Positions 29,798-38,429 of a stretch of DNA of 38,429 nt are shown piece by piece. A model generated the notes under the pieces. That model was not told the origin of the DNA. It worked only from the letters and a program-made list of their open reading frames with translations, and made no database searches. Position 1 is the stretch's first letter, and each line of letters starts with the position of its first letter. Origin of the DNA: Gammaproteobacteria bacterium (GTDB lineage: Bacteria; Pseudomonadota; Gammaproteobacteria; Steroidobacterales; XN24); NCBI GenBank assembly GCA_050125045.1, contig JASFEC010000001.1, forward strand, positions 1 through 38,429. The letters are read 5' to 3'. The position numbers and the translations under genes were made by a program.

Positions 29798-31249
29798 ATG
29801 TCAGCCGCAGACAACCGCTCGGCCAGGCGTCCCGAGCCCGACCGGGCCCTGGTCGACATCGCCGAGTACGTCGACGGGTACGAGATCGATAGCGCCGCCG
29901 CGCTGGAGACCGCTCGCTACTGCCTGATGGACACCCTGGCCTGCGGTTTCCAGGCCCTGGACTATTCGGCGTGCACCAAGCTGCTCGGCCCCGTAGTGCC
30001 CGGCGCCACGTTGCCCGGCGGCGCGCGTGTGCCCGGTACGGCGTGGGAACTGGACCCGGTCCAGGCGGCCTTCAACACCGGGGCCATGGTGCGCTGGCTG
30101 GACTTCAACGACACCTGGCTGGCGGCCGAATGGGGTCACCCCTCCGACAACCTCGGGGCGATCCTCGCCGTCGCCGACTACCTGTCGCGGCAGCGTGCCG
30201 CTGAGGGCGAAGAGCCGCTCAGGATGCGCGCCGTCCTCGAGGCCATGGTCAAGGCCCACGAGGTCCAGGGGGTGATCGCGCTGGAAAACAGCTTCAACCG
30301 CGTCGGCCTCGACCACGTGCTGCTGGTGCGCATCGCCTCCACCGCGGTCGCCACGCAGATGCTCGGCGGCACGCGCGAACAGATCATCAATGCCGTCTCC
30401 AACGCCTGGATCGACGGCGGCGCGCTGCGCACCTACCGGCACGCGCCGAACACCGGCTCGCGCAAGAGCTGGGCTGCCGGTGACGCCACCAGCCGCGGCG
30501 TCCGTCACGCGCTGATCGCGCTCACTGGCGAGATGGGCTATCCCTCGGCTCTGACTGCGCCGCGCTGGGGTTTCCAGGACGTGCTCTTCCGCGGCAAGGA
30601 CCTTGCCTTCTCCCAGGCCTACGGTACCTACGTGATGGAAAACGTGCTGTTCAAGATCTCCTACCCGGCCGAGTTCCACGCCCAGACGGCCGTCGAGGCA
30701 GCGATGACGCTGCACCCCGAGGTACGCCATCGCCTGGACGAAATCAGGGAAGTGGTGATCGAGACCCAGGAACCGGGCGCGCGCATCATCGACAAGACGG
30801 GACCCCTCGACAACCCGGCCGACCGCGATCACTGCATCCAGTACATGACGGCAATCCCGCTGATCTTTGGCCGCCTGGTCGCGGCCGACTACGAGGACGA
30901 TGTGGCCCGCGACCCGCGCGTCGACGCGCTGCGCGAGAAGATGACGGTGCGCGAAAACGACCGTTTCACGCGGGACTATTACGATCCGGAGAAGCGTTAC
31001 ATCGGCAACGCTGTCCAGGTCTTTTTCGCGGACGGCAGCTCCACCGAGCGTGTCGAGGTGGAGTATCCCATCGGCCATCGCAAGCGCCGTGCCGAGGGCA
31101 TCCCGGTGCTGGTGCGGAAGTTCGAGCACAGCCTCCGCGACAAGCTGTCGGACCGCCAGTTCAAAGCCCTCAAGTCGCTATGCTCCGATCAGCAGAAGCT
31201 GGAACATACGCCCGTCGACGAGTTCGTCGCGCTGCTGGTAACCGATTGA
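29798..31249 (+). CDS. prpD: 2-methylcitrate dehydratase
   Basis: [71 protein letters not shown]. Confidence 0.97.
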   Translation: MSAADNRSARRPEPDRALVDIAEYVDGYEIDSAAALETARYCLMDTLACGFQALDYSACTKLLGPVVPGATLPGGARVPGTAWELDPVQAAFNTGAMVRWLDFNDTWLAAEWGHPSDNLGAILAVADYLSRQRAAEGEEPLRMRAVLEAMVKAHEVQGVIALENSFNRVGLDHVLLVRIASTAVATQMLGGTREQIINAVSNAWIDGGALRTYRHAPNTGSRKSWAAGDATSRGVRHALIALTGEMGYPSALTAPRWGFQDVLFRGKDLAFSQAYGTYVMENVLFKISYPAEFHAQTAVEAAMTLHPEVRHRLDEIREVVIETQEPGARIIDKTGPLDNPADRDHCIQYMTAIPLIFGRLVAADYEDDVARDPRVDALREKMTVRENDRFTRDYYDPEKRYIGNAVQVFFADGSSTERVEVEYPIGHRKRRAEGIPVLVRKFEHSLRDKLSDRQFKALKSLCSDQQKLEHTPVDEFVALLVTD

Positions 31250-31329
31250 GCGGCCCCTGCCGGTGAACCCGACCGCGCGTTGCCGGCGAAGACGTCTTCG
31301 CGAGGCAAACAGCACGCGAGGAGAGTGGC

Positions 31330-31671
31330 ATGCAGTTCAAGGGTTTCATCGCCGGCGCCGCCGTGGTGGCGCTGGCCTGGCTGGGCTCGACGGCCTGGGA
31401 CAACTACTCGGCCGAGTTACGGGCCGGCTCGATGCACGGCCTGAACGGGATCCAGGCGTCTGCGCAGGGAATGACCGAGGCGGAGAAGGAGGCCCACGTG
31501 GCCGAGATGCGCCGCCTCTGGCAGTCCATGACACCGGCCCAGCGCGAGGCCTATCGCAACCGGTCTTACTGCCCGTACTCGGGCCAGGGCGCGCACGGCC
31601 GGGCCCGCGGGGCAGCACCGGGCGAAGTCGCCCCGGCGTTGCGCCAGGAGCCCCGCCCGATCGACATCTAG
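31330..31671 (+). CDS. Hypothetical small exported/membrane-anchored protein (113 aa)
   Basis: GAGGAG RBS, GC3-rich codons, N-terminal hydrophobic stretch, fills the gap between prpD and a terminator. Confidence 0.75.
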   Translation: MQFKGFIAGAAVVALAWLGSTAWDNYSAELRAGSMHGLNGIQASAQGMTEAEKEAHVAEMRRLWQSMTPAQREAYRNRSYCPYSGQGAHGRARGAAPGEVAPALRQEPRPIDI

Positions 31672-31697
31672 GCCGGGCCCGGGCCGGCCGGCCAACC

Positions 31698-31735
31698 GGT
31701 CCTGCCGTGTCCGAGAGGGCACGGCGGGGCCTTTT
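31698..31735 (+). terminator. Rho-independent terminator
   Basis: GGTCCTGCCGTGTCC-GAGA-GGGCACGGCGGGGCC: 15-bp stem with three G:U pairs (valid only on the + strand), GNRA loop, followed by TTTT. Confidence 0.8.
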
Positions 31736-31742
31736 GATTCGG

Positions 31743-31757
31743 TATACTTGCGGGCCC
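31743..31757 (+). promoter_or_regulatory. Putative -10 box with GC-rich discriminator for rsmG-parA
   Basis: TATACT-TGCGGGCCC, 25 bp before the rsmG GTG; near-identical to the glyQ element. Confidence 0.55.
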
Positions 31758-31773
31758 ATGCCGAGGGGGCCCG

Positions 31774-32418
31774 GTGGACACATCCCGCATCCAGCACCTG
31801 ATCGAGGACGGCCTGGGCGTATTGCGCCTGGCGGAGCCGGCCGGCCTGGCCATGGCGCTGTCTGCCTACGTCGCCCTGCTTGCGAAATGGAACAAGGCCT
31901 ATAACCTCACGGCCGTGCGCGTGCCCGACGAAATGGTCCCGCGGCACATCATGGACAGCCTCGTCCTCCTGCCCTTTCTCGCCGCCGGGCGAGTGCTCGA
32001 CGTCGGCACGGGCGCCGGTCTGCCCGGCCTGGTGCTTGCCATGGCGCGACCGGGCCAGGATTTCGTGCTGCTCGACGCCTCGGGCAAGAAGACGCGCTTC
32101 GTCGAGCACGCGGCGGAGCGGCTCGGCCTCAAGAACGTCACCGTCGTGAAAAGCCGGGTAGAGGACCATGACGACCCGGATGGGTTCGCCATGGTGGTCA
32201 CCCGGGCCTTCGCTTCAATCGCCGATATCATCCGCGCCGCCGGGCGGCAGCTCAGGCCGGGCGGCGTCATGCTGGTGATGAAAGGCAGCTTCCCCGAGGA
32301 CGAGCTGCTGGCCCTGCCGCCGGGCTGGCGCCTCCAGGCGGTGCACCGGCTCAAGGTGCCGGGCCTGCGCGCCGAGCGTCACCTCCTCGAGTTCTGTCGC
32401 GAGGAAGACGCCAAGTGA
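31774..32418 (+). CDS. rsmG: 16S rRNA m7G527 methyltransferase RsmG (GidB)
   Basis: KWNKAYNLTAVR, HIMDSL, LDVGTGAGLPG, KK.RF, TRAFAS, MKG, ERHL. Confidence 0.97.
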   Translation: MDTSRIQHLIEDGLGVLRLAEPAGLAMALSAYVALLAKWNKAYNLTAVRVPDEMVPRHIMDSLVLLPFLAAGRVLDVGTGAGLPGLVLAMARPGQDFVLLDASGKKTRFVEHAAERLGLKNVTVVKSRVEDHDDPDGFAMVVTRAFASIADIIRAAGRQLRPGGVMLVMKGSFPEDELLALPPGWRLQAVHRLKVPGLRAERHLLEFCREEDAK

Positions 32419-33197
32419 CGAAGATACTCGCCATCGCTAACCAGAAGGGCGGCGTTGGCAAGACCACCACGGCCGTCAATCTCGCCGCTTCGCTGACCGC
32501 GACGCGGCGCCGTGTGCTGCTGGTGGACCTTGATCCCCAGGGCAACGCCACGATGGGCTCTGGCATCGACAAGAACAGTCTCGAGGTCTCCTCCTGCGAC
32601 ATGCTGCTGGGCGAGGCGCCGGCCCGCGATGCCGTGGTCCGGACCGATCCCGGCGGCTTCGACCTGATCCCCGGCAACGACGACCTCACCACCGCCGAGG
32701 TGCGCCTGATCAACGAGTTCGGCCGCGAGAGCCGGCTGCGGACCGCGCTGAAGGATATCGTCAAAGACTATGACTACGTGCTGATCGACTGCCCGCCGTC
32801 GATCAACATGCTGACGGTGAACGCCCTGACCGCGGCCACCGGCGTCCTCATCCCGATGCAGTGCGAGTACTACGCCCTCGAGGGCCTGTCCGCCCTGGTC
32901 GGTACGGTCGAGCAAATCCGCGATGCCGTGAACCCCGGGCTGCGGATCGAGGGCATCCTCCGGACCATGTTCGACCCGCGGAACAACCTCGCCAACGAGG
33001 TTTCTTCGCAGCTGATACTGCATTTCGGCGACAAGGTGTTCCGCACCGTGATCCCGCGCAACGTGCGCCTGGCGGAGGCGCCCAGCTTCGGCATGCCCGC
33101 CCTGTTCCACGACAAGACCAGCCGGGGCGCGCTGGCCTACCTGGCGCTGGCCGGCGAGATGATCCGCCGGCAGGAGATGGCGGAGCCGGCCCGCTGA
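32415..33197 (+). CDS. parA: Chromosome partitioning ATPase ParA/Soj
   Basis: NQKGGVGKTTT, DLDPQGNAT, IDCPPS, PMQCEYYALEG, IPRNVRLAEAPSFG. Confidence 0.98.
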   Translation: MTKILAIANQKGGVGKTTTAVNLAASLTATRRRVLLVDLDPQGNATMGSGIDKNSLEVSSCDMLLGEAPARDAVVRTDPGGFDLIPGNDDLTTAEVRLINEFGRESRLRTALKDIVKDYDYVLIDCPPSINMLTVNALTAATGVLIPMQCEYYALEGLSALVGTVEQIRDAVNPGLRIEGILRTMFDPRNNLANEVSSQLILHFGDKVFRTVIPRNVRLAEAPSFGMPALFHDKTSRGALAYLALAGEMIRRQEMAEPAR

Positions 33198-33258
33198 GGC
33201 TTGGGTTACACTCCCGCGGCACAGCGGACTAATGGACCTAAACGGAGACTCCACCCCC

Positions 33259-34134
33259 ATGGCCGTCAAGAAACGCCTCGGCCGCGGCCTCGACGCCCTG
33301 CTCTCCACCACGGCACGAGCCGAAGCCGACGAAAGCCGCGACACCGGCCAGTACCGCGAACTGGCAGTGGAGCTCCTGCAGCGCGGCCGTTACCAGCCGC
33401 GGCAGGACATGCGCCAGGAAGGCCTCGAGGACCTGGCGGACTCGATCAAGGCCCAGGGCGTGGTCCAGCCGATCGTCGTGCGGCCTATCCGCGAGACGCC
33501 CGAGGGTGTCCGCTTCGAGATTATCGCCGGTGAGCGCCGCTGGCGAGCCGCCCAGCTCGCCGGGCTGCAGAAGGTGCCGGTCATCATCCGCGAGGTGCCC
33601 GACGAAGCGGCCGTGGCGATGTCCCTGATCGAGAATATCCAGCGCGAGAACCTCAACCCGCTGGAGGAGTCCCGCGCGCTCGACCGGCTGATCCGCGAAT
33701 TCGAAATGACCCACCAGCAGGCCGCGGAAGCGGTGGGACGTTCCCGAGCGGCGGTCAGCAACCTGCTGCGGCTGCTGGAACTGGGCGACGAGGTGAAGGC
33801 GCTGGTCGAGCGGCGCCAGCTGGAGATGGGGCATGCCCGGGCCTTGCTCGGGCTGGCCGACCCGGGGGCCCAGGCCGCGGCCGCCCGCGAGGTGGCCAAA
33901 AAGGGACTGTCCGTGCGGGAGACCGAGCGGCTGGTCAAGCGGCTGCAGGCGCCGGCGAAGAAGGCCCCGCCGGCGACCTCCCGCGATCCGGACATCCGCC
34001 GGCTGGAGGGCGAGCTGGCCGACAGGCTGGGCGCTCGCGTCGCGCTCCAGCACACGGCCGGCGGCCGTGGCAGGCTGGTGGTGAGCTACAACAGCCTCGA
34101 CGAGCTCGAGGGCATCCTCGGGCACATCAAGTAA
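33259..34134 (+). CDS. parB: Chromosome partitioning protein ParB/Spo0J
   Basis: LGRGLDALL, YQPR, IIAGERRWRA, IENIQRE.LNP.EE, HTH GRSRAAVSNLLRLL, MGHARALL; ATG 33259 with GGAG; candidate -10 TACACT at 33207. Confidence 0.98.
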   Translation: MAVKKRLGRGLDALLSTTARAEADESRDTGQYRELAVELLQRGRYQPRQDMRQEGLEDLADSIKAQGVVQPIVVRPIRETPEGVRFEIIAGERRWRAAQLAGLQKVPVIIREVPDEAAVAMSLIENIQRENLNPLEESRALDRLIREFEMTHQQAAEAVGRSRAAVSNLLRLLELGDEVKALVERRQLEMGHARALLGLADPGAQAAAAREVAKKGLSVRETERLVKRLQAPAKKAPPATSRDPDIRRLEGELADRLGARVALQHTAGGRGRLVVSYNSLDELEGILGHIK

Positions 34135-34170
34135 AGCCGCTCGGGCTTGGCTGGGCCAGCTCAACCCGGC

Positions 34171-34176
34171 TATAAT
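34171..34176 (+). promoter_or_regulatory. -10 box of the atp operon promoter
   Basis: Perfect TATAAT 30 bp upstream of the atpI ATG at 34207. Confidence 0.65.
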
Positions 34177-34206
34177 CTTCGGGCTTTGAGGGCCGGGTTT
34201 CTCGGC

Positions 34207-35366
<1,160 letters not shown>

Positions 35367-35373
35367 GTTCTAA

Positions 35374-35673
<300 letters not shown>

Positions 35674-35724
35674 GGGACGCATCGCGTCCCCGGCAGCACA
35701 CCACGCTGATCGGGAGTCGGAATC

Positions 35725-36195
35725 GTGGGTATTAACCTGACACTCTTCGGCCAGATGCTGACCTTCCTGGTCTTCATCTGGTTCACCAAGAAGTTCGTCT
35801 GGCCGCCGGTCATGCAGGCGCTGGAGGAACGACGGGCAAGGATCGCCGAGGGCCTGGCTGCCGCCGAGCGCGGCCAGAAGGCACTCGAGGAGGCCGACGC
35901 CCAGGTGGCCGAGCGCCTGCGCGAGGCGCGCCAGCAGGCCGCGCAGATCATCGAGCAGGCGGAGCGCCGCGGCGCCGAGCTGGTCGAGGAAGCCAAGGTG
36001 AATGCCGAGGCCACCGGGGAGCGGATGATCGCCCAGGCCCGGGCCGAGATCGACCAGGAGACCAACCGGGCGCGCGAGTCGCTGCGCGGTGAAGTCGCCG
36101 CGATCGCGGTCGCCGGCGCGAAGCAGCTGCTCGAGAAGGAGATCGACTCCGCGACCCATCGCGAACTGCTCGATCGCCTCGCCGGGCAGCTCTAG
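35725..36195 (+). CDS. atpF: F0F1 ATP synthase subunit b
   Basis: [18 protein letters not shown], coiled coil. Confidence 0.97.
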   Translation: MGINLTLFGQMLTFLVFIWFTKKFVWPPVMQALEERRARIAEGLAAAERGQKALEEADAQVAERLREARQQAAQIIEQAERRGAELVEEAKVNAEATGERMIAQARAEIDQETNRARESLRGEVAAIAVAGAKQLLEKEIDSATHRELLDRLAGQL

Positions 36196-36219
36196 GCCGG
36201 CTCGGGGAGAAGCGCAGCC

Positions 36220-36756
36220 ATGGCAGAGAAGATGACAGTCGCGCGGCCCTACGCCAGGGCCGTCTTCGAAATCGCCAGAGAGGCCGACGCGCTGGCGGCC
36301 TGGTCCGAGTTGCTCGGCCGTGGCGCAGTCGCCGCCGCCGACGAGCGGGTGCACGAGCTGATCGGCAACCCGGCCGTAACGCGCGAGGCGTTGGCGGAAC
36401 TGTTCATCGAGCTCTGCGGCGAGGGCGCGGGCGCACACGGCTCCAGCTTCATCAGGGTCCTCGCGGAGAACGGGCGCCTTGCCTGGCTGCCGGAGATCGC
36501 CGCCGAGTTCGAGGCACTGCGCGCCGAGGCTGAGAACGTCGTGGACGTGCAGGTGACGTCCGCGGTGGAACTCGACGAGGCCGAGCGCGCGGGCTTCGCG
36601 ACCGCCCTGAAGAAGCGGCTGGGCCGCGAAGTCCGCCTGCATTGCGACACCGACGCGAAACTGCTCGGCGGCGCGATTATCCGCGCTGGCGACCTGGTCA
36701 TCGATGGCTCACTGTCCGGCCGCCTGGAAAGGCTTGCCGGCGCCGTCACGCACTAA
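36220..36756 (+). CDS. atpH: F0F1 ATP synthase subunit delta
   Basis: TVARPYARAVF, LAENGRL..LPEI, LLGGAIIRAGDLVIDGS. Confidence 0.97.
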   Translation: MAEKMTVARPYARAVFEIAREADALAAWSELLGRGAVAAADERVHELIGNPAVTREALAELFIELCGEGAGAHGSSFIRVLAENGRLAWLPEIAAEFEALRAEAENVVDVQVTSAVELDEAERAGFATALKKRLGREVRLHCDTDAKLLGGAIIRAGDLVIDGSLSGRLERLAGAVTH

Positions 36757-36769
36757 AGGATTGTAGGAA

Positions 36770-38311
<1,542 letters not shown>

Positions 38312-38324
38312 AGCGGAGAGCCGC

Positions 38325-38429
38325 ATGGCCAACGCCAAAGAAATTCGTACGCAGATCAAGAGCATCCGCAACACGGCCAAGATCACCAAGGCCATGGAGA
38401 TGGTCGCTGCGGCGAAGATGCGCAAGGCG
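38325..38429 (+). CDS. atpG: F0F1 ATP synthase subunit gamma (5' part, truncated by the window)
   Basis: [35 protein letters not shown]; GGAG RBS. Confidence 0.96.
   Translation, partial: MANAKEIRTQIKSIRNTAKITKAMEMVAAAKMRKA

Noticed and set aside
31672-31693. GGCC-rich runs here and at 14754-14780 as REP-like or CRISPR repeats
   Set aside because: Low-complexity GC sequence with no fixed unit or regular spacing.
19406-31760. Accessory block as a mobile genomic island, prophage or defence system
   Set aside because: No integrase, transposase, phage or defence genes, no att-like repeats seen, and codon usage matches the host.

Overview
High-GC bacterial chromosomal replication-origin region, most likely gammaproteobacterial (GyrB insertion, E. 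coli-like AtpA/GlyQS/GlnA, gene order). Left to right: partial DUF4124-like gene, glnA with a sigma54/NtrC promoter, glyQ-glyS-plsC, gyrB-recF-dnaN-[oriC]-dnaA on the minus strand, rpmH-rnpA-yidD-yidC-mnmE, a membrane diguanylate cyclase and mnmG. A ~12.4 kb accessory block then splits the usually adjacent mnmG and rsmG. It holds two orphan OppA-like proteins, a SIMPL protein, two monoheme cytochromes c, an FeS-type (6-4) photolyase/cryptochrome, an MBL-fold hydrolase, acuI, prpBCD and a small unknown protein. The window ends with rsmG-parA-parB and atpIBEFHA-atpG (partial). Most of it is core genome; I see no mobile element, CRISPR array, tRNA or rRNA, and no clearly novel multi-gene system. 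The best leads are non-coding or dual-coded: oriC between dnaA and dnaN, two parS sites inside recF, an oriC-like/operator-like element between convergent plsC and gyrB, an rnpA with no canonical start after rpmH, a codon-usage anomaly around parS, and the mnmG-rsmG insertion.
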